From the human T2T-CHM13v2.0 reference genome, Homo sapiens: a stretch of DNA of 64,000 bases. The DNA lies in the NCBI RefSeq assembly GCF_009914755.1, contig NC_060926.1, one strand, 5' to 3'. The position numbers and the translations under genes were made by a program. A model generated the notes under the pieces. The model was not told where the DNA came from and did no database searches. It worked only from the letters and a program-made list of their open reading frames with translations. Numbering within the stretch: position 1 is the stretch's first letter; every line of letters starts with the position of its first letter. This document shows positions 29,512 to 41,245 of the stretch, piece after piece.

Positions 29512-29597
29512 CTGCCTCCAACACACTACGTCAGAAGGACCCGGGTCTTTGAAACTGTGTCTTGAAGCTAATGTATTAATGTGACATGGAGGAACTC

Positions 29598-29603
29598 AAT
29601 AAA
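29598..29603 (+). terminator. TRAPPC12: TRAPPC12 polyadenylation signal AATAAA (short, ~110 nt 3'UTR)
   Basis: AATAAA 86 nt after the stop, followed by a GU-rich downstream element (ggtgtctgctgcgtgtcttcttg). Confidence 0.88.
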
Positions 29604-31007
29604 ACTCCTGCTTCACTGGTGTCTGCTGCGTGTCTTCTTGGTCCCAAGCCACGGCCCAGCCCAGGACTTCCCCGCAGTTGGTCGGCGTTCAGCCACGCAG
29701 TCCCTGCAGCTGGGTCACTGTTCATGAATGCAAGGGGCAGGCGTGCTGGGAGGACACAGCTCGTAGACAGGAAATCTGGAGTCAGCCTCGGGGCCTCTGT
29801 TCTGGAGGCCAATCCTGCTTTGCTCGTTCCTTCTGGACATCCTCAGAGAAAAGCTGGGAGGTGTGGAGACCCTCTCGCCGTGCACCTGCACGTACAGGGA
29901 GATTTACAACAGGGAAGACACCCCCCACAGATCGCCGCTCATGCTCCTCTTGCCCTCCCCACACACCCAAAACTAAGTGCGTTGGTCTTACCCATCCGAG
30001 TCTCCTCCAGCCTGATGCCAGCCAAACGACCCCTGCCAGCCTGGCGGTGGAGGAGAGGCCATCACTGTTTCTCCCATAGTTTATACGTCCACGTGGAGAG
30101 TGAGCTGAGTGGAACAGGAAGCACGACGCATAATGAAGCACAGGAAGAGCGCGTAAAACGCAGGCAGGCAGGGGCTGGGGGTGGTTTTGAAGCCAGACAC
30201 GTGTTTTCATGTGTTCTCTCATGCCTGAAAGGCCTTTTGCCCTTACGTTTACACAGTTATTCCTGCTTTTGAAGAACTTAAAGTACCTGAAAATGTCTTC
30301 ACTTTACGAAAGAACTCTGCCAAGGGTTCTCTAAATATCTAGCTTTGTGGATAGTTTTAAATATAATTCATTTTACAGACTGTGATATAAACATTTGCAC
30401 AAAGCGAAGCCATATTTCTGTTAATTTTTGTAATAGAGTAGAAACATACAAACACTGCATCTACCAGACAGTCTCAGCCCATTTGCTGACATCTAGATTA
30501 ATTATGCATTAAAAGAAAAGAAAAAAGAGGTGAGACAGCCAAAAGGACTGTTGGACACCAAGGAGGTTTCAAGATCTTTCTCTTCAAAAAGAGAACTGAA
30601 ACTATTGTTAAGCCCAGAAAGATGAAGATGTAATTAGAAGCCCTCCACCTTGAGGGTCTTCCTTCAAATGTGACTTCAGGGATGAAGTGTAAGGCTCTTC
30701 CTCTGCTCCAACCTGGCACCTTACTGCAGGCATCTTACAGGATTTGCCAGAGGATTATGGAGCCCGTCCTTTACAGGCTCGGGGCTCAGAGCTGTCCCCG
30801 GCCAGTTGTGCGGGAAAGCAGACAGCAGTGCCCAGGCTCCAGCTAGACATGAGCCCGGCAAATCAGAAACAGAGATCAAAGTTCCCTAGTAAGCTGGTAA
30901 GCCTAAATCCACCCTCCCTCCCAAGCCCCACCCCCATGCTGCTGGCATGAGGCCAGGCCAGGTGACAGTATCATTGCCTCGTTTCTTGCCTGGATTATTT
31001 CTTCCTG

Positions 31008-31325
31008 GTTTTTTTGTTTTTTTTTTTTTTTTTTTTTTTTTTTGAGACAGGATCTTACTCTGTCATCCATCCAGGCTGAAGTGCAGTGGTGCAAACATGG
31101 TTCACTCCAGCCTCAACCTCCTGGGATCAAACGATTCCCCACTCTCAGCCTCCTGAGTAGCTAGGACCACAAGTGTGCTCCACCACGCCCAGATTTTTTT
31201 TATTTTTATAAAGATGGGATCTCACTATGTTGCCCAGGCCAGTCCCTAACTCCTGGCCTCAAGTGATCCTCCCACCTCGGCCTCCCAAAGTGCTGGGGTT
31301 ACAGGTGTGAGCCATGGTGTCCAGC
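31008..31325 (-). mobile_element. Alu (J-like)
   Basis: Long T-run then gagacaggatcttactctgtc...gtgagccatggtgtccagc. Confidence 0.93.
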
Positions 31326-31763
31326 TAATTTTTTTTTCCTACTGCCTGTATGATTGCAGAATTTTTTGTTTTGTTTTGCTAGAAGAGGAAAACGGTGCTG
31401 TGAGTGTCTATAACGTCTGGGACAATTGTAGCTTATCTAGTTTACACTTAGCTTTTCTTTATGTTAAAAATAAATTATACATCCCAGAAATCTTTTCTAG
31501 AGCCAATTGAAGTGAATGGCTAACGATCAGAAAGCTTATTTTCTAACTGGAAAATGGGAACTCGCTGAGTTGATGATGGGCTCACAACTGTGGAAATGCC
31601 CACCCTGGAATGCACAGTGGAGAATGAAGAAGCCAGTAACCCTGATGGCATCGTTACCGAATGGCCAGGGTGTGCCAGGCGGCAAGGGTGGATTTGCTCC
31701 CTGAATGATCCATCCAGCTGAATCTTGAGTCATTCCGCGTTTGCCACGAGGGGCAGTGTTAGA

Positions 31764-31958
31764 TCAGTGGTCCTCAAAGTGGGGTCCCCGAAGCAGCAGC
31801 ACCAGGTTCTCCTGGGAACTTGACGGAAATGCACATCCTCAGCCACATCCTCTGATCACAGAGGAGTCAACTGCTGGGGCCTGGGCTGGGCCGGCCCGAC
31901 AGTGTCGTCTGCACCGCCCTCCAGGAGCTTCTGGTGCTCCTGCAGGTGTGAGAACGCA
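31764..31958. mobile_element. MER5-like hAT-Charlie DNA transposon remnant
   Basis: cagtggtcctcaaagtg...agcagcagcacc...tcctgggaactt...gaaatgca...gtgtgagaac. Confidence 0.75.
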
Positions 31959-33283
31959 TGTCAGACGCCGGAGGCCACAGACAGAATTCCAGTTACACAG
32001 CAGGCGTTGGAGCCCATGGGCATCGCCATCCTGCCTTACACTGCTGGCCTCTTCTATGCCCCCTCGAGGATTGTGCCCCCACTTGTTCTCTCTGCCTGGA
32101 CCCCTCCTGGCATGCACCTTCCTAGTCCCTATTCAGTGTCACCCCCTGAAGCCTGCCCTCAACCCCAGGACAGTGCAGCCCCGTCCACACTCCCCTTACC
32201 TCTTGTCCTGGACCCACACAGGCTCCGCAGCACCTGCTCCTGGCACGGCCCCACAGTTGCAGTACTTGGGCTGGAGCTGCCGCCATGAGGTCCTCCTTCA
32301 AACACCCAGTTCCAGCGTTCCCCGGGAAGCTTCCCATGCCATCTTGTCACGTCTTGCACCCAGCACCGAGGGTGAGGCCCGGCAAAGCAGAGCTGCAGGG
32401 GCTCAGCTGTGTACACCACAGTTCTTGAGACGCCCACCTGTGTGTCCTCCCCGATCCTGCTCCACAGGTCCAGGCCCAGGCCCAGAGGTAGCCCCTGCGT
32501 TCCCGTGGCTTCAGGCACACGTGTGCAGACATGACGCCGAGAACACCGGCTTTGCCACCAAGGACAGAAGACAGTCTGCCCCACCCGGGGTCACCTGCAG
32601 GTCCTGCTCTGACCAGGGTCCAGGCCCTGATTCCGGGGATGCGACAGCACCCAGAATGTCCTGCCTTGTGTGGCACGTGGGACCGGGGACTCGGGCCCCA
32701 GGGCTCCCAACCCTGGCTGTGGAGAGTGGGTGGCTCCGCTGCTGGTCGGGGGCACTGTGTGGGCAGACAGCGTGCCAGTGGCCACAGGATGTCCTGACAG
32801 CAGAGGCGCTAAACACTCCAGGAGCGCCTCAGCCCCAAGCTCTGGTTCCACCCCTTGCGGGTGAGGGAGGCCCAATGACAGCCAGACTCCATCAGTTCAG
32901 AGGCAGGGGCTAGAGATGGATTTAATTCAACTTAAAAAGAAATACAAGAATGGACCTTTTCTGCAGTCCTGAGGGAGTGGACAGGTTGCGTGCGTGCTCT
33001 GACGGTGGGATCCAGACCCCCTCCTCTCCTGCGTTGAAGGTGCCACCGGGCCTCATCCCCAGCCACATCACATCCTGAGCCTCTTACAGGCAGGCCCCGA
33101 GGTCCTTTCACCTTTCTCTTCTCTCCAGTGCTTGGTGCATTTTCAAACTCAGTACCTTTCTTTTGAATAAATGAGCAAGAATAAACCCGGTGCTGCTTGC
33201 CGAGCTCCTCTCCCTGGGCGGGGAACTAAAGCAAAACCACGCTGGATGGGGTCCCAAACACCCTAAGAAGGCCGAGCTCCTGC

Positions 33284-33777
33284 CGCTCTCCAGCACGCGC
33301 ACCGAAGACCGGAGGGAGGGTCTGTCGCTCTCCTGCAGGAGCACGAGTGGAGGGAGGGCCTGCGGCGCTCCAGCAGGAGCATGAGGAGTGGAGGGAGGGC
33401 CTGTCACTCTCCAGCACGCACACCGAGGAGTGGAGGGAGAGCCTGTCGCTCTCCAGCAGAAGCACCAAGGATTGGAGGGAGGGCCTGTCGCTCTCCAGCA
33501 GGAGCACGAGGAGTGGACTGCCGGCCCGTCACTCTCCAGCACGTGCACCACGGAGTGGAGAGAGAGCCTGTCACTCCAGAAGGAGCACCAGGAGTGGACT
33601 GCGGACCCGTCACTATCCAGCACGTGCACCAAGGAGTGGAGGGAGGGCCCCTTGCTCTCCAGCAAAAGCACCAAGGATCGGAAGTAGGGCCTGTCGCTCT
33701 CCAGCACGTCCCCCCCCGGCAGTGGAGGGAGGGCCCGTCGCTCTCCAGCATGAGCACCCAGAGATGGAGGAAGGGTC
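33284..33777 (+). repeat. Degenerate minisatellite, ~41-bp unit x~12
   Basis: ctctccagca...cac...gagtggagggagggcctgtc(g/a) recurring. Confidence 0.92.
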
Positions 33778-34319
33778 AGCCATTTGTCAGGCTCTGCGTG
33801 TGAAAAGCTGTGATTTCATTTCTTATCAGTTATTACTGTCACTATCACTCAGGATGAAATTGGCCTCACCCGCTCAGGAGCAATGCTGCCTTCTCCCTGT
33901 CCTCCTCCTGGATTGTTGAGGAAAAAGCCAGACTAACCTGTTCCACACCTTGGCATCAGTTGCATAAATGCTATCTCAGCATGTTCTAGAACACAGTACT
34001 GTTTAAACAACGTTCTGGGGGTAACCAAGTTTATAACTTGCAGACCCGATGGCCGTAAAGCATGGGGTGGGGGGGTGCCTGCCTGCATTGCAGCTGTCAG
34101 AGCTGCACAGAGCCTGCGACACCCAGCCATGGCTTCTGCCCACCAGGCCACGTCCCTCCGCTCCTCTGAATCCTTCCAGTTCTTCTTAGGCCACTTAAAC
34201 GCCACCGTCTCCACGAAGTCCTGTCGGATCACCCTCATAGGAAGTGACAAACCACGTTTTGAACCCCTCTCCCCACCCAGCAAGCCCCTAGCCCGCGAGC
34301 ATAGGATTTCCTTTCTAGA

Positions 34320-34440
34320 ACACGTGTTCTGTGAAGGGCCAGAGGCAATATTTGAGGCCTCGTGGGCCACATGCTGTCCCTGTTGCATATCCTTTTTTTT
34401 GTTTGGTTTGGTAAACTGCTTAAGCTGGCAGAACAACAGA
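34320..34440. mobile_element. MER58-like hAT fragment
   Basis: ttctgtgaagggccaga...aatatttgaggcctcgtgggccaca. Confidence 0.55.
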
Positions 34441-34989
34441 ACCCGCACATTCTCCACGCAGCCCAGCGCCCTTGGCCATGCAGGGCTGTGCCTTCTGCCA
34501 GCTCTGGAGGCCCAGGGGCTGGCATGGGCCTCCCGTCCTGAGCCCCCCATGTACATTGCACCCATACTGGGAACGCCCCCAGGATCTGCTGCGAGACCCC
34601 CAAGGACCAGCTTCTGCAGTCCTGGAAGGGCTCTCCTGACCCCCAAGTCCGCCATCTTCTGATGGTGGCAGGTGGGCACAGTCACTGGCTGAGCGACCAA
34701 GGGTCAGTGAGATTACTAGGCCGGCGCTGCACCCAACTGAAATGAACTCACGTGTCCTCACAACTCCTAGCAGCAGATGCTGTCAGCCTCGCATCCTACA
34801 GGAAAGGAACCATCGCCAAAAGACGCTGAGGAACATCCCGAGGGTCACAGGGACAGTGCAGAGCCAGGACCAGCCCGGCCCATGGTCCCCCAGCGTGCAC
34901 CACCTGGCCCGGCACTGTGTGCTCAGCCATGAGGACTGGGAAGAGTCCTGCCCACAGCTCAAGTGTCTACACCGCACTGCCATCCAGGC

Positions 34990-35240
34990 TGTGAGCCGCT
35001 GCTGAGCATGGGGAATGTGGCTGCTGCAGAGACGTTATGAAACACTTCTAAAAGAATGTAAAAGATCTCATTAATAATTTTGAGTACCTGTTAAAATGAT
35101 AGTAATTTTGGATCTAGTAGATTAAATAAAACATATTATTAAAATTAAGATGACCTTTGAACATTTTTAACGTGGCTACTAGAAAACTTTAAGTTACGTA
35201 TGTGGCGCCCATTTGTGGCTCCCATTCTGTTTCTGTTGGA
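34990..35240. mobile_element. MER33-like hAT fragment
   Basis: aatgtaaaagatctcattaataatttt...ttttaacgtggctactagaaaactttaagttac. Confidence 0.7.
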
Positions 35241-35410
35241 TGGTGCCAAAGAAACCAACACGTAAAAGCCCCTGCAGAGGAGCCGCTGCTTTGCCAATGG
35301 TTAGTGGTCAGTGTGGGTTCTGCCCTCTGGGTTCCTGGCAACCAGGGCTGCTCTCTGAGGGCTGAGGTTGCCACGGGCTAGGCAGATACTGGCCCTGCAG
35401 CCCTCACTCT

Positions 35411-35544
35411 CCGGAGGGCGTGGGGCATGGGATGGGATGTTTCAGAGGACGTGGGGCATGATGGGACGGGAAGTTTCAGTGGGTGTGGGGCATGATGGGA
35501 CGGGGTGTTCCGGAGGGCGTGGGGCATGATGGGACGGGATGTTT
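35411..35544 (+). repeat. G-rich tandem repeat, ~34-bp unit x4
   Basis: gtggggcatg at 35420, 35451, 35485, 35519. Confidence 0.92.
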
Positions 35545-36766
35545 ACTCTGCTCCATGGCCTTACAGTGTTAAGTGTAAGTCAGCATTGAAAGCAGTTTTC
35601 CCTGGAACATAGAATTCTAGTTGATGCGGATCCAGAACCACGGAGGGTCCTACAACTGCTAGGCTGAAGGCTGACTTACCAAAGGCCACAGAGCATCTCT
35701 CCCCCAGCAGGTTCCTGTGGCACTTGCATGTGTGTCTTTTTCTTTTTCCCCCAAATAATTTTCCAGTTTTATTCTTTTCCTTTGACATAGAAGAACACAA
35801 TTACCGAGAGAAGAAAAGGAAGGCGAGGGTGACTGCGCGCCTCCCCATCCCCACCCCCATTCCCACACGGCTCATTTCAACTCTGGGAGGGTTTACAGGT
35901 AAGAATGTGAAAATCAGAAACGTCAGGTAACTTTTCCAAGGACCCACAGTTTAAAGCGGGAGAGAGGGAGGGATTCCAATCCAAATCTAACAGTGAGGCT
36001 CATGGTGGTGCCACGATCTGTGTTGCCGTTTCACACACTGCATATTGCTTTGCAGTGGAGAGCTGAATCCACAGGCAGGGCCGGACCCACCAATGGGCTG
36101 CCGTGGATAGGCTTTGGGCTCCAGCACCACACACATGGCCACACGCTTACACATACAACACACACATGCACTCACACACGGAGGACCGTGTTCACCTGCG
36201 TCTAGGTCCTTTCCACCTCGAGGTTTACCTTTATTGGACCTGGAACCCGATTACGGGCAGTCTGTTCCCGCGTCGCCCACCCTCGTCCGTGGGAGAAGTG
36301 CCATCTCCGGGACCGTGTTAGGCGTCCAGCACAGCCAGCCAGGCTCTCCAGCCTCACTCCCTCCACCCCAGGGCCCCGAGGCTCTGCCCACCGAGATGAC
36401 ACCCTGCGACCTCCACCCTGGCTCCTTCTGGTCACCCTGACACCCACTCCTCAAATGCCCACAGTGAGCCTGGGGTCCTGCTGCCTGTGGAGTGGACCCA
36501 GTGCGTCTCCCTAAAGCCTCCAGCTGGCTTGGCCTTTGTCTCAGCCTCCACCTGCTTCCCGGGGTCAGGGAACCCTGCCAGCTCCCTGGGCGTGCTGAGC
36601 TGGACAGTCAGCGAACTGCATCCCTGAACCCTCGCCCACTGCTCCAGGAAACTCACCCACCCTCAGGGCTGCTGGAATTCACATCCGATGGGTGGAGTTT
36701 ATTCTCTGCACCCCAGGGCCCCCCACACATGTCAGGAGGAAGAGCTGCCCTGGCACCATGGGTAGA

Positions 36767-37221
36767 CTGCAGGGAGACCCCAGGATGCGGGGAAACCCCA
36801 GGATATGGGGAGACCCCAGGATGCGGGGAAACCCCAGGATATGGGGAGACCCCAGGATGCGGGGAGACCCCAGGATGTGGGGAGACCCCAGGCTGTGAGA
36901 AGGCCCCAGGCTGCAGGGAGACCCCAGGATATGGGAGACCCCAGGATGCGGGAAGACCCCAGCATATGAGAAGGCCCCAGGCTGCAGGGAGACCCCAGGA
37001 TATGGGGAGAAGCCAGACTGCAGGGAGACCCCAGGATGCAGGGGAGACTCCAGGCTGTGAGAAGGCTCCAAGCTATGGGAAGACACCAGGCTGTGGGGAG
37101 AAGCCAGACTGCAGGGACACGCCAGGATATGGGGAGAGACCTGGCTATGGGGAGAGCCTGGGCAACAGGGAGAGGCCAGGCTGTGGGGAAACCCCCAGAT
37201 GGGGACAGAGGCCAGGCTGTG
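36767..37221 (+). repeat. Minisatellite, 18-bp unit x~25, degenerating to the right
   Basis: ggggagaccccaggat(gc/at) units; gives the GETPG(C/Y) repeats in the ORF track. Confidence 0.95.
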
Positions 37222-37231
37222 AATGGGAAAC

Positions 37232-37626
37232 TGCGTCTGTTTCCTGAGGCTGCCGTAAGACACTCCTAAGTATGAGAGCACAGACTTGATTCCCTCCCCA
37301 TTCTGGAGGCTGCCGTCAGCAGGCCATTCCTAGAGAGGCTCCTTCCTCTCCTCTTCCGGCCTCTGGGGGCTCCCGGTGCCCTTGGCTTGTGGCCACATCA
37401 CTCCGGTCTCTCCTCTGGTCACACAGCCTCCTCCGTGTGCCAAATCTTTTGCGGAGCCACTTAAGATGGTATTTGGGGCCCACGGTAATCCAGAATAATC
37501 TTCTCATCTCAAGATCCTTAAGCTAATTACATCTGCAAAAGCCCTTTTTCCAAAACAGGTCACGTGCACAGGTCCCAGGGCTTAGGATGGGGCCGTGACC
37601 TTGGGAATGCTCAGCGGCCAACCACA
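37232..37626 (-). mobile_element. MaLR solo LTR (MLT1-like)
   Basis: tttcctgaggctgccgtaa...ttctggaggc...atctcaagatcctta...taattacatctgcaaa...aaccaca. Confidence 0.85.
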
Positions 37627-37635
37627 AACGCCCAC

Positions 37636-38068
37636 TGAGTAGCTTCCTGGGGCTGCTGTAACAAGGTGCCCAAACAGAGCAGCTTAAAATAGAACTGCAT
37701 CTTCTCACAGTTCAGGGGGCTGGAAGGCTGCACGCGAGCTGCAGGCTGGCTGCATTCTCTGGAGGCTCTGCAGTGGCGTCTGTCCCAGGCCTCTCTCCGT
37801 GGTGGCCATGGCAGTCCTCGGTGCTCCTGGCTTTCGGCCACATGGCCCCAGTCTCTGCCTTTGTGTTTATGTGGCCTCCTCCAGTGTCTCTGTCTTCTGT
37901 TCCTGCAGAGACAACAGTCTTTGGAGCTAGGGCCCACCCTAGTCCAGGATGATTCCATCTCAAACCCCTATTTAATTACATCTGCAAAGACCATTTCCAA
38001 AAAGGTCACATTCCGAGGTTCCGAGCAGACATGAACTTTTAGTGGACGTTATTCGAGCCCCTCCACCT
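37636..38068 (-). mobile_element. Second MaLR solo LTR (MLT1B-like)
   Basis: ttcctggggctgctgtaacaa...tctcacagttc...ttaattacatctgcaaagacc...ggtcacattccgagg. Confidence 0.85.
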
Positions 38069-38124
38069 CACAGACAGGCTCTGGTGGACTCCTCACCTCA
38101 ACCCTGCTCCAAGGGTACATGATG

Positions 38125-38230
38125 TCCCCCTTTACAGACAGGGAGACTGAGGCACAGCTTGAAGAACCTGCCCACGGCCACACAGCTACTGCAGCAGCAG
38201 AACTGGGGTGATTCCATCTGAGCCTTCATC
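38125..38230 (-). mobile_element. MIR fragment
   Basis: cccctttacagacagggagactgaggcacag...cctgcccacggccacacagcta. Confidence 0.7.
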
Positions 38231-38657
38231 CATGCAGACACCTCCAAGCCCAAGGCATCCACGGAGGGCTCCTCCCTCGTCTTCTCCACACCCCAAGCTC
38301 ACAGGGATGTTTCTCTGTGGAGGTGGAGCAGGCAGTGCTGCCCTGGGGCCTCTATCCTGGGATCTCTGGGGCCAGCTTCAATGTCATCATGGGTGGCCGC
38401 TGGCCCAAAGTCCTGCTCAGCAGCAGCAGCAGCAGGACAGGCCTCTGGAGAGCATGCCTCTGTCTCTGGCCCTGCCAGTGGCGTCCTTGTGTCCTTGGGG
38501 ACCCCACACACACACATTCTTCTGCAGAGGCAATCAATAAAGCCGGGGCACCAAGGAGGCTTCAGGAGTGATTAGCAATGGAGCAGGCTGGAAAATACGC
38601 GGACGCTAGGGCAGATCGTATTGATTCCATTGACTTGCCCTTTGCCAGGCTGTTGTA

Positions 38658-38795
38658 TTTATAACTCAGATGAAATCCTATTTGGATTTTAGAATGGGTG
38701 GGTTTATAACTCAGATGAAATCCTATTTGGATTTTAGAATGGGTGGGTTTATAACTCAGATGAAATCCTATTTGGATTTTAGAATGGGTGGGTTT
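38658..38795 (+). repeat. Perfect tandem triplication, 45-bp unit
   Basis: tttataactcagatgaaatcctatttggattttagaatgggtggg at 38658, 38703, 38748. Confidence 0.98.
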
Positions 38796-40361
38796 TTTTG
38801 AACAGTTGGTGCAAAATAAACACAAGCATTTTTAACATGGACAATGAAACACATTAAACTATAATAATAAAGGCAGGCAGGCAAGCACGTCCATGGGAAA
38901 GTGGTTTCAGTCGAAAAGTAAGCTCCACCCCAGAACTGTCACACCTGCACTGCTCACGCCAGGGACAGACCGTGATAGGAGCACAGCCTCCTGTCCTCCA
39001 GCCCCCGCCCAGCCCAGCTTCCCCAGCCCTGCTGACCTGGGGGCTGTCTTCATGCCTGGATGCTTCTAGTGCCCTGCCCCCGCCACGTTTAAGAGAATGT
39101 TTTGAAAAATAATCACTTCCCAAGGCAGAAAACAGAGAGCAAAACACAGAGCGATTCAGAAGAGCCGCCTGCTCAGGGGTGCCCCGGATGTTATCTGCAA
39201 CCTGGCACGGCCCGACTGCAGGCCTCAGCCCTGTGCCCTGGCCCCACCTGAGCAATTCCTCTGCCCTCTTCAGGGCCCAGCCAGGTGGTCACAGCAAATC
39301 TGGTCAGGACCAGGGACAATCAGCCCGCAGGGACGTCCTGCCTCAGCCATCCACTTGATGGTGACGACTGCCCCGACCCCTCTCTCTCAGCAGCTGTGCC
39401 TGCCTGGAGCCCCCGTACCCCTCACCCGGCCGTAAGGGCTGCTGCACCCTCTGCTCTCCTCACTGGACTGTGGCGTCCTGAGGAACCCACCAGCCACTTT
39501 CTTATGCATCTCGGCACTCAGGGGACAAAACCAGCTCTCCCGGAGGGGCTTGTGGGACCGAGTTTCACTGAGAGACATGGTGAATGGAAGAACTTCACGC
39601 ATCATAGCAGGCAGAGGACTCCGGGAGCCCTTGACCCAACCCACAGGTCATCTTACCAGTACTAGCGACTCACTGCGGTAGTGAGTTGGGTGAGGCCCAG
39701 AAGTCCCTCCTGGTCACTTGCGATGGGATGAAGATATTTTTGAAACCTAGAGAGACAGGGTTATCTAACAGAGTAAGAAAGCCAGGGCTGGCTTCTTTCC
39801 CCTCGGAATGAAGTTCAAGCCTCCTCTGTCCCATAAGTGCACAAATGTCCACCGTGCTAACTTTACACGCTCCATTTTTACTTTGGGCAAGCAGGATTTG
39901 CAGCGCGGGAGAGATGACCTGGACATGAGCCGGCAGTGGCCTGCGCACCACAGGAGGCCCTTCAGCCGACGGCCATGTCTGCGCTGCGCGATCCTGTCCC
40001 TGTCAGAGCCGCTGACCTGGGTCTAGTCCCACAGAACCTCTCCTGGAGCCTTGGGGACCAGGGCTGGCAGCTGAAGTCACTCCTCTGCGTAATGGAATGA
40101 GAAGTAAGGCTTTAAGACGTCAACACTGTGTCTACACTGTGTCCCACCGTGAGCAGACGTGGCTTGGTCCCTGATCCCCCAGGGCAGGCACCCCCAGGCA
40201 CAGGCTCCTTCACATTGGGCTTCTGTCACTTGTAACAAAAAGAGCCCCAACTAAGACAACAGAAGAGATCGTGTAACGACATTTCGAAGCACAGAGTCGG
40301 AATCCTGGGAAGACGAGAACGGCAATCCTGGGCAAAGCTCCAGGCAGATGCAGGGCCAGAG

Positions 40362-40427
40362 CCTCCCTCAGGGCTCCTCCCAGGACCTCCCCCCAGGGCT
40401 CCTCCCAGGACCTCCCCCCAGGGCTCC
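40362..40427 (+). repeat. Short C-rich tandem repeat, ~25-bp unit x2.5
   Basis: cagggctcctcccaggacctccccc repeated. Confidence 0.85.
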
Positions 40428-40794
40428 CGGCCTCTGCAGGTTGCCTGGGACAAGAGGTCTTCCTTCCTAGTCCCTCTAACCTCTCCACTGAGAGCACCCC
40501 ATGAGCCTGGCGCCCCAGGCACTGTGCAGGAGGGAACAGCAGGCCGGCAGCCTCTGCCCTGTGGGTCCGCACAGCCTGGGGAGCGGGGACAGAATGCACC
40601 CCCCACTGCGATCCCACCTGTCTGCCTCCATCCTTCCCCATCCACTCCGAGGCCGGACGTTGCCTGACTAGGACAGCTCTTCTCCTATTTCTCAGATGTC
40701 TGTTCCATTGGTTTCTCTTTGTCAAGATGTCTGATCCACCGTCAGCAGTTTCTTGAGTGGAGGTGAGCACTGTGGTTAGGGAGTCACACTTAGG

Positions 40795-41245
40795 CACCAG
40801 TTACCTACGCCATGTAACAACACTGCTCTGAAACTTGTGCCTTATGACAGGAACATACATTCTCGCCTGCAGTCTCCGGGTTAGCTGGGTGGTGTGGGGC
40901 TCTCCTGAGGTTGCCCTCAAGGTGACGGCTGGGGCTGCATCATCTGAAGGCTCAACGGGGGCTGGAGGACCTGCTTCCACACACCCCGAGCCAGCAGCAC
41001 TGCTGGCAGAGGCCTCAGACCTCCCCAGAGAGCTGCACAAGTGTCCTGCGGACGTGGCAGCCAGCTTCCCCAGAGCGCAATGTCTGAGAGCAAGCAGGAA
41101 ACTACATGCCAACAGAGGCCACCCACAGCCACCTCAGCCGCTTCCTACTCATTAGAAACAAGTGACCAACAGAGACCATGCTGAAGGGGAGGATAAATTG
41201 AGGGAGATCGTCAGAAACTTGTGGTTGTATTTTTTAAAACAACAC
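40795..41245 (-). mobile_element. Old MaLR LTR (MLT1-like)
   Basis: tgtaacaac...tctcctgaggttgccctcaagg...ggggctgcatcatctgaaggctcaacgggggctggagga. Confidence 0.7.

Noticed and set aside
31741-32913. Longest ORF in the track (390 aa, +)
   Set aside because: Starts at TTG, begins in a MER5-like element, is Pro/Ala/Gly/Ser-rich with no recognisable domain, and is expected by chance in GC-rich DNA. Non-coding transcription here cannot be judged from sequence alone.
36492-37247. 251-aa ORF with GETPG(C/Y) repeats
   Set aside because: A translation of the 18-bp minisatellite; GTG start and no supporting exon structure
38658-38795. CRISPR-like palindromic direct repeats
   Set aside because: The units are contiguous with no spacers, there are no cas genes, and the DNA is mammalian; the same applies to the other arrays
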